NCBI GenBank assembly: GCA_964460115.1
Contig: CAYWPR010000001.1
Span: 120,829-184,828 of the forward strand
Source of the DNA: an uncultured Myxococcales bacterium
Lineage (GTDB): Bacteria > Myxococcota_A > Polyangia > Palsa-1104 > JAEUJZ01
Reading direction: 5' to 3'
DNA: 64,000 nt
Shown here piece by piece: positions 46,502-55,025 of this stretch. Positions within the stretch are counted from its first letter, which is position 1, and each line of letters begins with the position of its first letter. The position numbers were made by a program, and so were the translations under genes. The notes below the pieces were generated by a model. The model made no database searches and was not told where the DNA came from. It saw only the letters and a program-made list of their open reading frames with translations.

Positions 46502-48250
46502 ATGAAAATCGTCTGCGACAACTGCGCAACGAAATATCAGATTGCCGATGAGAAAGTCAGCGGCAAGGCATTTAAGATCCGGTGCAAAAAGTGCAGCCAC
46601 GTCATCGTGGTCAACAAAGGTGCCGGGGAAGGCGGAGGGCAAGCGCCAGCCGGGGATGCAGGTCTTCCCCAAGAAGCGCCCCCTCAAGCCGCGGAAACAG
46701 CGCCAGCTGGCGATGCGGTTTGGCACCTAGTCATCGAGCGCGAACAAGTCGGGCCGATGACCCCTGATGAAGTACGGGCCAAGGTGCAAGCCGGACAGGT
46801 CGATGCCGAAACCTATGGCTGGCGCGAAGGCTTTGACGACTGGCTGAAACTTTCTGCGATCGAAGATTTTCGCGGATTGTTCGCGGCCGGAGACGATCAG
46901 GCCACTCGGCGTACCGATGCCGCCGAACGCGCCACCGCAGTGGCGGCGGCAGGGGCAGCGGCACCGGGTGCCGATCTATTCGGGCCAACGCGGCGCGATG
47001 AATCGACGCGTACGCCCGGGTCCGCACAGGCCGCGTCCGAGGGGCTGCACGCGCAAAATACCGAAGCACTCAGCATGTCGGCCGGCCGAGGCGCCCGCGC
47101 GCAGACGGCTGAAGCCGAAGATCCCAGACCGGCGGCTGGAGCACAGGGCGATGCAAACGCCCAGTCGATGCTGGGAGCGCGCAGCGAAAACTCGGTGCTC
47201 TTCTCGCTGAACAATTTGTCGGCGCTGGCCGGTGCCAACGGCGGCAACGCCCCGGCTCAGAAGCCGGCAGGCGATCGGCAAAACGTCGCCAACGTACAAA
47301 GCGAAGCATCGGGACTCATCGATATACGCGCGATGGCTGCCGCAACGCTTGGTCCGCAAAGCGGTACCGGCGGACCGATCAGCAAGGCTCCAGATTTTCT
47401 GACCAGCGATGCGCCGCCGGTGTTCACACCGCTGGCGCCAGCCATGCTACTGCCCAGTAACGATCAGGGAGGCGCACCCAAGTGGGTGTGGCCGCTTGTC
47501 GGAGTCGGCGTGCTCATGATCGTCGGCCTTATCGGCACGCTGCTGTTTGTCTTTTTGCGCGAGCCGACGACGGGACCTGTGGCAACGAATAATCCGCCCA
47601 AAGATACTTCGAGCAATTCCGGAAATACCGGCACGACCATCGTGACCACCCCGACCAAAGATCCGAGCAGCGCCAATGCCGGGACCTCCGCAGCCCCGAC
47701 CAGTAAGCCCGCCACCCCTGAAAATCCAGCGGGCACGAGCAAGCCAAGCGCCCCCAGCGACAAAGGCGATCGCACTCCATCCAAGCCGCGCGATAGCAAG
47801 AAGGACACGAAGAGCACCAAAGATACCAAGCCGGAAAAAGCTTCGGATCCTACGCCGGCACCGCGCAACGATCCGCCGCCACCGCCGCCGATCAAGAAGG
47901 ACAAACCGGCCAAGGCCAAAGACGATCTGGATTCTTTGCTGGACTCTGCATCAAGCAGCAGCAGCGGCAAGCCGGCCAAGCAGGAAAAAGAAGACCTGCC
48001 TGAGCAGCTTTCGATGAGCGCCATTCAAAGCACCCTTAAGAGCGTCAATGTCGCTTCCTGCAAAAGCGAGGGCGCATCCGGCGTCGTCCAGGTTCGTTTG
48101 ACGATTGGCAAAGATGGCAAAGTAACCAGCGCCACTCCATCGGGCGGCGCTCCGGGCGGCGACTGCGTGGCCGGCAAGGTCAAGAGCACCAAATTCCCTC
48201 GATTCAGCGGCGATCCAATGACGCTGACCTTTCCTTTCATCGTGCGCTAA
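46502..48250 (+). CDS. MJ0042-type zinc-ribbon + GYF-like (DUF4339) + single TM + Pro/Lys-rich linker + TonB-C-like domain protein (GltJ/AgmX-like architecture)
   Basis: MKIVCDNCATKYQIADEKVSGKAFKIRCKKCSHV is the zinc ribbon. VWHLVIEREQVGPMTPDEVRAKVQAGQVDAETYGWREGFDDWLKL is GYF-like. The TM helix is WVWPLVGVGVLMIVGLIGTLLFVFL. A PPPPPPIKKDKP linker follows, and the C-terminal ~90 aa are TonB_C-like. RBS GAGGGGA precedes the ATG at 46502. Confidence 0.75.
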   Translation: MKIVCDNCATKYQIADEKVSGKAFKIRCKKCSHVIVVNKGAGEGGGQAPAGDAGLPQEAPPQAAETAPAGDAVWHLVIEREQVGPMTPDEVRAKVQAGQVDAETYGWREGFDDWLKLSAIEDFRGLFAAGDDQATRRTDAAERATAVAAAGAAAPGADLFGPTRRDESTRTPGSAQAASEGLHAQNTEALSMSAGRGARAQTAEAEDPRPAAGAQGDANAQSMLGARSENSVLFSLNNLSALAGANGGNAPAQKPAGDRQNVANVQSEASGLIDIRAMAAATLGPQSGTGGPISKAPDFLTSDAPPVFTPLAPAMLLPSNDQGGAPKWVWPLVGVGVLMIVGLIGTLLFVFLREPTTGPVATNNPPKDTSSNSGNTGTTIVTTPTKDPSSANAGTSAAPTSKPATPENPAGTSKPSAPSDKGDRTPSKPRDSKKDTKSTKDTKPEKASDPTPAPRNDPPPPPPIKKDKPAKAKDDLDSLLDSASSSSSGKPAKQEKEDLPEQLSMSAIQSTLKSVNVASCKSEGASGVVQVRLTIGKDGKVTSATPSGGAPGGDCVAGKVKSTKFPRFSGDPMTLTFPFIVR

Positions 48251-48390
48251 AAGCTAGACCGTCGCAGCCTTTCGATCGCCTGAGCGGGCGTTCTCCCCTC
48301 GTCCTACAAGCGGAAGGCTGCGATTAGAGTGCAGCTCCGCTGAGCGGACCCGCCTTTACGTCCATTGCTCAGCCGGCGATACTTTGTGAT

Positions 48391-50004
48391 ATGAGCCGCG
48401 CCAAAAAGTCTTCGCCTGAGCTTTCATTGCCACCGGTATCGCCACCGGATGCGGCAGAGCTGGCTTCGCAGGAGAAAACGAGCGCCTCTAAAAATGCCGC
48501 CGCGGCGCCCGAGACGATAAGATCCGTGGCAACGTCGGCGCCGGCAGCTTCGCTCACGGGTCCTGCTCCCCGCACCTTGAGCAAAATCATTCAAGAAAAT
48601 ACCCAGTTTTTCTCCAGCGTGGTCATCGGCGGGGCGGGATTGATTGCGACCTCGATTTATCAGTGCAATCAGTCAAATCTGGCCCAAAGTCAGGCCCGCT
48701 GGCAGCAAAAGCGCGACGAAGAAAAATCGAACAACGACTGGCGCATCGAACGCGCCAAAATTCTGGCGCAAAATCTGGCGACGCTGACCACGCGCGGCAG
48801 CGACACCGCAGAGCAACGCTACGGCGTACTTCTGTCTTTGACCCGCAGCAAAATCATTGAACGCGATCTGGCTGTCTCTTATGCGCTGGAACTGGGCAAA
48901 GACAGCGCCGAAGACATGCGCAGCGTGCTGAACAACATCGACGGCAAGGATGTGCACTACTACAAGCGCTTGGCCGAGGCCTACACGCTGACCTGCAAGC
49001 AGCGCTACGGCATCGGCGTCCCATCGATGGAAATCTGCCGCAAGGACAAGCTCGAGAAATTTTCCCAAGGCATTGCCTGGTCGGTGTCCGATGACCTCGA
49101 CGGCACGGGCGAGCAAACAAGCAGCCCGCCGCTGGATCTTTTGACCGACGAGCACTACGTGCAGGGCAAACTGGCGCAGCTCATCGGCTTATACAGCGAA
49201 TTTGTGGACGACGTTTGCGAACGCCGGCAATGGCAGACGCTGGACCGCTTTTTGAACAGCTCTACGGGCGCGCGCCTCGTCGGCAATTTCAATGTGCTGC
49301 TGCAGCCGCTGGATCAGACCAATCTTGCCGACCAGCAGGCCGCCCGTCAACGTTTTGAAGGCGCCTGCACTTGGCTGAAGGGCTATTTGCTTGGTGCCAG
49401 TTGCGATGGAGAATGTCGCGCGCGCATTCTGAGCGTCTCGCTTAGCTACTTCAGTCGCAACCGCGAGTATTTTGCCAAACTGCTGCGCGCTCTTTTGCAA
49501 GGCCAGCGTTTTGAGGCCTCTTCGGCGATAAACAGGATGCACGGGCGGCTAAATGCGTGTCAGTTTGAACCCGATGAACTGCCGGCGCTGCGCGATATGG
49601 TGCTGATTCCGGTGCTGATTGCGCAGGCCGAAAAAGTGACTCCGAGCACGCCGATTACCGAGCAGCAGGCGCTGCTCGATGAACTTTTAGGACTTTTGCA
49701 GCTTATGGCGCCGCCGCCCGATTCCTCGGCAGATTGGAAAAAGCTGCAAGTGGCGCTTTCGCGGGCCACCTCGGGCCGTGAACCCAAACAATATCTGGAA
49801 CGCCATGCCGAGGAGCAACGCCGCCGCAAAGCCGTTGCAGCAGCAGCGGCAGCAGCGGCAGCCACAGCGGCCAATGCTCGTCCCAAAAACGCCGTCGGTC
49901 CGGTTTCGCCGCCGCCGCCCGCACCTCCGGCGTTTATTCAGGGCCGAAGTTTCTGTTCTGTCGTCAGCCAATATGAAGAGTCTGAGGATGAAGCCGAAGA
50001 ATGA
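48391..50004 (+). CDS. hypothetical protein (one N-terminal TM helix, C-terminal poly-Ala and acidic tail)
   Basis: No recognisable domain. Uniform codon bias. TM segment FFSSVVIGGAGLIATSIY. Confidence 0.5.
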   Translation: MSRAKKSSPELSLPPVSPPDAAELASQEKTSASKNAAAAPETIRSVATSAPAASLTGPAPRTLSKIIQENTQFFSSVVIGGAGLIATSIYQCNQSNLAQSQARWQQKRDEEKSNNDWRIERAKILAQNLATLTTRGSDTAEQRYGVLLSLTRSKIIERDLAVSYALELGKDSAEDMRSVLNNIDGKDVHYYKRLAEAYTLTCKQRYGIGVPSMEICRKDKLEKFSQGIAWSVSDDLDGTGEQTSSPPLDLLTDEHYVQGKLAQLIGLYSEFVDDVCERRQWQTLDRFLNSSTGARLVGNFNVLLQPLDQTNLADQQAARQRFEGACTWLKGYLLGASCDGECRARILSVSLSYFSRNREYFAKLLRALLQGQRFEASSAINRMHGRLNACQFEPDELPALRDMVLIPVLIAQAEKVTPSTPITEQQALLDELLGLLQLMAPPPDSSADWKKLQVALSRATSGREPKQYLERHAEEQRRRKAVAAAAAAAAATAANARPKNAVGPVSPPPPAPPAFIQGRSFCSVVSQYEESEDEAEE

Positions 50005-50046
50005 AAGAAGACAGCGGGCCCAGGATCGGCTAGGCTGCCGCTACGG

Positions 50047-52308
50047 ATGACTCCACCTACGGCCAAGCCGCCGTACGGTGACCGGTGGCGACCGGCGCCG
50101 AGGCGTAGTTGGCGCGCGCTGCGCGCAATTCGGGACAGTTTGCGTGCTCACTTGCCCATGCTGGCGGGGCTCTTCGCGGTTTGCCTGCTTTATGCCGGGC
50201 TGTTCGGCATCGATTTTCTTTTCGGCGCCGATTTGCGGGTCTTTGGCGTCTACGATGCTGCGACCGAACGCTTGGTGTTTACACGCTACGGTCATTTGCT
50301 GCTGGTGCATCAAGCGCGCATTTTGGGCGTCTATCTGCTCATTGGCTTGGCGGTGGGCGCGATCACTCAGGCGCTTATCGCGCTGTGGGAACGCAGTGGC
50401 GTCTGGCCACGCCGCAGCCATGCGCATTCAGCCGCGACTCCGGTCGAGCTTTTGCCGTCTCCCTGGCCGCTATACCGCCGGCTGCTGTTTAGCCTGGGGC
50501 TGGGATTGCTGGTGCATCTATTCTGGCTGAGCAAAGCCATCATCGACCGGCCGGCGATGTTTGCCGAAGCGCTTTACGATCGCGGCGGCCTGACGCGATT
50601 TCTGATGGTCGGGTTGACGCATGGGCGCGGAGCCTGGCTGGGGTTGACGCTGGGCGTGGGCTTTTTGCTGTTCTGGCTGATTGCGCCGCTCTTGACGACG
50701 CGTGGGCGGCGCTTTTTGACCAATCTGACGACCTGGCAACTGATTTTGGGGCTGGGCGGCTTGGCAGCCGGTCTAGGCGGATTGTTCCACAGCTTGGCGC
50801 CACGCCGCGCGCTGCCGCACCCGGTGGCCGCGGCTCCGGCGAAACGGCCTTCGGTGTTGCTGATTGCCGTGGACAGCCTGCGCGCCGATCGCCTGGGTCC
50901 AAATGCGCGAGCGATTACTCCGACGCTGCACAGCCTGGCCGCGCGCAGCGTGGCCTTTGACGCGGCGTACGTCACGGTGCCGCGCACTTTTCCATCGCTT
51001 ATCACTTTGCTGACCGGCCGCTATCCCCATCATCATGGCATTCGCACGATGTTTCCGACGATGGCAGAGCGGGCGGCGATACCTCCGGCCCTGCCCCGCC
51101 TGCTTCAGCCAGCCGGTTACCACAGCGCCGCCTTAAGCGACTTTTGTGGCGAGGTCTTTTCGCGCATCGAGCTTGGCTTTGAGCGCACGCTGGTTCCGAT
51201 GTTTGACGCGCGCACCATCGTGCTGCAGCGAAGTCTGACGGTTCACAAAAATCTTTTGCCTTATGCCTTGGGAACGCTGGGCACGCGGATGTTTCCGGAA
51301 ATGGGCGCGCTGGCCGAAATGGCCGACGCCAATCGCTTGGCCGATCAGGCTTTGGGGCTGCTTAGCGAGTATCAGCGCACGAGCTCACCGTTTTTTATGA
51401 CGGTATTTTTTTCGTCGGCGCATTTTCCCTATGCCGCGCCGGCGCCCTATTATCGGCGCTTTGCCGATTCGGCCTACCACGGTCCCTTTCGCTATCACAA
51501 GCCGCCGCTGAGCGAACCCCAGTCCGAGGCCGATCGCGCCGCAGTGCGCGCGCTTTACGACGGCGCAGTGCTGGCCACAGATGAAGGCATTGCGCGGCTG
51601 CTCGACGGACTGCATCGGCTGGGCCTGGATGAACGGACCATCGTCGTTTTGCTGGCCGATCACGGCGAAAATCTTTACGACCAGCCCGAGCGTGGCATGG
51701 GCCATGGCGAACACCTAGAAGGCGACGTCGCGCTGCATGTGCCGCTATTCATCTACGATCCGATACACCGCTTTGCACCGCATCACGTGTCCGGCCTGGT
51801 GCGCGATATCGATCTAGTGCCGACGCTGCTTGAGCTTTTGGAAGTCGATGCCGGCGCGAACCGCCGCGACTTTGACGGAGTCAGCTTGCTGCCGCTTTTG
51901 CGCGGCCAAAGCGACAGCTTGGGCCTTTGGGCGTTTTCCGAAACCGAGCTGTGGTTTACGCCAAGCGGTCCGGGCTTTGGCGTCGCGCAGCGGCTGCCCT
52001 ATCCCGGAATCACCAGCACCACCGACGTCGATGAGCATGATGACATCGCCCTTTCCAGCCGCTATGCCGAGCTAGTGACCGTAGCCAAGCACCGCGCCTT
52101 GCGCAGCGATCGCTACAAAATCATTTATCGCCCGACGCGCGAAGGTCCGCGCTACAGCCTGTTTGACGTGCAGCGCGATCCGCATGAACTGCACGACATT
52201 TCAACAGAGCAGCCGGCCGAGCTTTCCGCCATGCAGGCGAAACTGTTTCAAATCATCGCGCAAGATCCCAAAGTAGTCATCGAACGCGGCTATATACTGC
52301 CGCGCTAA
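50047..52308 (+). CDS. LtaS/OpgB-like membrane-anchored sulfatase-family (alkaline phosphatase superfamily) hydrolase/transferase
   Basis: N-terminal 5-6 TM domain, then RPSVLLIAVDSLRADRLG...TVPRTFPS...GRYPHHHGIR...LADHGENL, the sulfatase-fold metal-site motifs. Confidence 0.75.
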   Translation: MTPPTAKPPYGDRWRPAPRRSWRALRAIRDSLRAHLPMLAGLFAVCLLYAGLFGIDFLFGADLRVFGVYDAATERLVFTRYGHLLLVHQARILGVYLLIGLAVGAITQALIALWERSGVWPRRSHAHSAATPVELLPSPWPLYRRLLFSLGLGLLVHLFWLSKAIIDRPAMFAEALYDRGGLTRFLMVGLTHGRGAWLGLTLGVGFLLFWLIAPLLTTRGRRFLTNLTTWQLILGLGGLAAGLGGLFHSLAPRRALPHPVAAAPAKRPSVLLIAVDSLRADRLGPNARAITPTLHSLAARSVAFDAAYVTVPRTFPSLITLLTGRYPHHHGIRTMFPTMAERAAIPPALPRLLQPAGYHSAALSDFCGEVFSRIELGFERTLVPMFDARTIVLQRSLTVHKNLLPYALGTLGTRMFPEMGALAEMADANRLADQALGLLSEYQRTSSPFFMTVFFSSAHFPYAAPAPYYRRFADSAYHGPFRYHKPPLSEPQSEADRAAVRALYDGAVLATDEGIARLLDGLHRLGLDERTIVVLLADHGENLYDQPERGMGHGEHLEGDVALHVPLFIYDPIHRFAPHHVSGLVRDIDLVPTLLELLEVDAGANRRDFDGVSLLPLLRGQSDSLGLWAFSETELWFTPSGPGFGVAQRLPYPGITSTTDVDEHDDIALSSRYAELVTVAKHRALRSDRYKIIYRPTREGPRYSLFDVQRDPHELHDISTEQPAELSAMQAKLFQIIAQDPKVVIERGYILPR

Positions 52309-52316
52309 TCGCGGCC

Positions 52317-53573
52317 ATGGCCTTTGGGGTTTACATCCATTTTCCTTATTGTGCGCAGCGCTGTCCGTACTGCGACTTCGCCATTGCCGTGCGCAAAACC
52401 ATTCGGCACGAGCGCTACTTGGACGCGATTTTGGCCGAGCTTTCCGCCAAAGCTCCGCTGTTTGCACAAAGGCAGGCGGTTTCGGTGTATTTCGGCGGCG
52501 GAACTCCATCGCTGTGGCGGCCCGAATGCATCAAAGCGGCGCTTGATGCGGCGCTGCACAGCTTTCCGCCGCCGCAAGGAGTGACGGCAGAAGTCACGCT
52601 AGAGTGCGACCCGGCGGAACTTTTGCCGCAAACTCTGGACGCGTTGCGCCGTGCCGGAATCAATCGCCTGTCCATTGGTGCGCAATCGTTTTCTCGACGC
52701 CATTTGCAAGTCCTTGGCCGCCGTCATGAGCCGGCGCAAATACAATCGCTTTGCGCAGCGGCGCGCCAAGCCGGGTTTGACAATTTATCGCTCGATTTGA
52801 TGATTGGCCTCATTGGCCAGCGTCCGAGCGAACTGCGCGCCGATCTGGCGGATCTTGTCGCGCTTTTCCCCGAACATGTGTCGCTGTATCAACTGACCGT
52901 GGAACCGCGTACGCCGTTAGGCGCTGCGGTTCGCCGCGGTAGCGTTTCTGCACCAAATGCCGAGGATCAAGCCGACGCGTATGAAACGGTGCGCGCCGTT
53001 CTGGCGCAGGCCGGCTATGTGCATTACGAAATTTCCAGCTTTGCGCGCGCCCGCGATGCCGAGGATTTGGCCAGAAATCTGCGATCTCGTCACAATTCGC
53101 TGTATTGGACGGGCGGTGAGTATCTGGGCTTGGGCATGGGGGCGCATTCTTTTCGCCGCTCGCTTTCGCAAGATTTCGCCGCGGCGATTGGCGAACGCTT
53201 CGCGAATCAGCGCGGCATCGATGCGTATTTAGGACTGTGGGCGCCCGGCCGGACGGCGACGCTTGCTGCTGAAACAAGCAACGCCGCTGAGGCGCCTTTT
53301 TCCCTGCTCGAAGGGGCGCCCGGCCTGGCGCTTTATGAACGGCGCACCGCACCGGCGCTTTTGCGCGAGGCAGTTTGGCTAGGTCTGCGACGCATCGACG
53401 GAATCTGCTGTTTGCGTTTTGCCGCGGAATACGGAGTGGATCCGCGTCAGGAATATGCCTCCACGGTGCAGGCAATGGTGGCGCGCGGCTGGCTTGAAAT
53501 CGACAAAGACACGCTGCGCCTGACAAATGCCGGTCTGCTTTTCGCGGACGAAGTCGGCGCCGCTTTTTTGTAG
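52317..53573 (+). CDS. hemW: radical SAM heme chaperone HemW (HemN-like, oxygen-independent coproporphyrinogen oxidase family)
   Basis: YIHFPYCAQRCPYCDF (CxxxCxxC) and the HemN_C domain. Confidence 0.85.
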   Translation: MAFGVYIHFPYCAQRCPYCDFAIAVRKTIRHERYLDAILAELSAKAPLFAQRQAVSVYFGGGTPSLWRPECIKAALDAALHSFPPPQGVTAEVTLECDPAELLPQTLDALRRAGINRLSIGAQSFSRRHLQVLGRRHEPAQIQSLCAAARQAGFDNLSLDLMIGLIGQRPSELRADLADLVALFPEHVSLYQLTVEPRTPLGAAVRRGSVSAPNAEDQADAYETVRAVLAQAGYVHYEISSFARARDAEDLARNLRSRHNSLYWTGGEYLGLGMGAHSFRRSLSQDFAAAIGERFANQRGIDAYLGLWAPGRTATLAAETSNAAEAPFSLLEGAPGLALYERRTAPALLREAVWLGLRRIDGICCLRFAAEYGVDPRQEYASTVQAMVARGWLEIDKDTLRLTNAGLLFADEVGAAFL

Positions 53574-53585
53574 CTCGATTTGGCG

Positions 53586-55025
53586 TTAAAACGCCACCTG
53601 CGCTTGTAGTTTCAGCGCGTTGTCATCGGGCAAAGTTTCCAAAGCGACTTGTCCGGAACGCAAGCGCACACGCGCGCCATAGTCATAGTGGGAGTACTGA
53701 ATGAATATCTGCGCGCCCAGCAGCCAGTTGACGGTCACGCCGATGCGCGGACTGTAGACGCGAAACGCCGAAGCTTGATCCTGTACATCGGCAATGACGC
53801 GATCGTATCGCAAAGCGACAAATAGGAATGACAACGGCTGAATCAAAAGCTCGGTCCCCCATTTGAAACTCAGTCGGCCGTCGCGGTTGATGGCGGGATC
53901 CTCGTCAACTTGTTTGCTTAAGGTGTATGCCGTCAAAGCAAAAAGTTTCAGTGCCAGTTCACCTCCATGCAAAATGGGCAAGCGCCCTGCGGCCCGCCGA
54001 GCCAAAAGAGTGCGCAGGCTGAATGTGTACTCGCCAGCGAGGTTCCACAGGCTGCCGACGCCATCGCTTTTTTCGACGCCCAAGTAGTTTTCCTGCAAAC
54101 CGCGACCGCCATAGGCATGCATGACTTCCAGCACCGGACTTAGATATTGCGCCTGCGCCGCGGTGATGATGGAACCGCCGAGATAAGCGCGACCAAGCCA
54201 CGTCAAAAGTTGAACGTCAAGCCCAACGACGCGCATGCCGGCATCCTTTAATTCCTTAAGCTGGCGCTGATCATGCGATTGCGCATCGAGAAAATAAAAT
54301 CCGACTTGCGCCACTTTGCGAATGTCCACTCCGGCATGCAGATAGTTCAGCAAAGTCAGGCCTTGATTGGAATCAATGGCCTCTTGATGCACGCCTATGC
54401 CCTGTAGCAGCCAAAACATAAGTCCGGTGCTGTGCGGTTCAAATTCCAGCCGCACTTGCCCGCCCATCTGATGGGTGCGAGCAAACAAATAGGTGTCGTA
54501 ATTTTCAAGCCAGCCAAACCGGTCCCAAAATGATCCGGCGCGCACGTGCATTGCAAAGCGCAGCCGCGGACCGTCCGCGGCAAAATGAAATGTCAGATAG
54601 GCCTGGGCGATGCCCCACTGACGGTCTAACAAAGGCCGGGCCCAGTCGGAATACAAAGAGCCCATCAGCGCAACCGTTCCCTCTAGATGCTGGTTGCCGA
54701 GGTTAAAATACAGTTCCGACCAATCGGATTCCTGAAGCCGCGTGTACAGGAATCCCGAGCGAAAATAGTCATCGTCAACGAGCCAAGGGCTGTGAATGTC
54801 ATAGCCGAATTGGCCCGTAGCCGAATTGTCGCCGCGGCTGCGCAGCGCCAGCCGCAAAGGCGCGCGAAAATAGCCGCTGGCGCGAAGCTGCAGCGGTCCA
54901 AGCATCAATCCGAAGCCGGGGCGCGGCAATTCTTGCGCAAAGGATCGCGCCGGAGCGCAAATGCCAAGCAGCAGACAAGCCATCCCCATCGAAATCGAAA
55001 TTTGCCAAGCCGTCTTAGGCTTCAT
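53586..55025 (-). CDS. outer-membrane beta-barrel porin-like protein; signal peptide starts at the Met near 55025, ORF track extends to 55139
   Basis: Signal peptide MKPKTAWQISISMGMACLLLGICAPARSFAQE. Aromatic-rich amphipathic strands. C-terminal ...LQAQVAF (terminal Phe). Confidence 0.6.
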   Translation of the reverse strand: MKPKTAWQISISMGMACLLLGICAPARSFAQELPRPGFGLMLGPLQLRASGYFRAPLRLALRSRGDNSATGQFGYDIHSPWLVDDDYFRSGFLYTRLQESDWSELYFNLGNQHLEGTVALMGSLYSDWARPLLDRQWGIAQAYLTFHFAADGPRLRFAMHVRAGSFWDRFGWLENYDTYLFARTHQMGGQVRLEFEPHSTGLMFWLLQGIGVHQEAIDSNQGLTLLNYLHAGVDIRKVAQVGFYFLDAQSHDQRQLKELKDAGMRVVGLDVQLLTWLGRAYLGGSIITAAQAQYLSPVLEVMHAYGGRGLQENYLGVEKSDGVGSLWNLAGEYTFSLRTLLARRAAGRLPILHGGELALKLFALTAYTLSKQVDEDPAINRDGRLSFKWGTELLIQPLSFLFVALRYDRVIADVQDQASAFRVYSPRIGVTVNWLLGAQIFIQYSHYDYGARVRLRSGQVALETLPDDNALKLQAQVAF

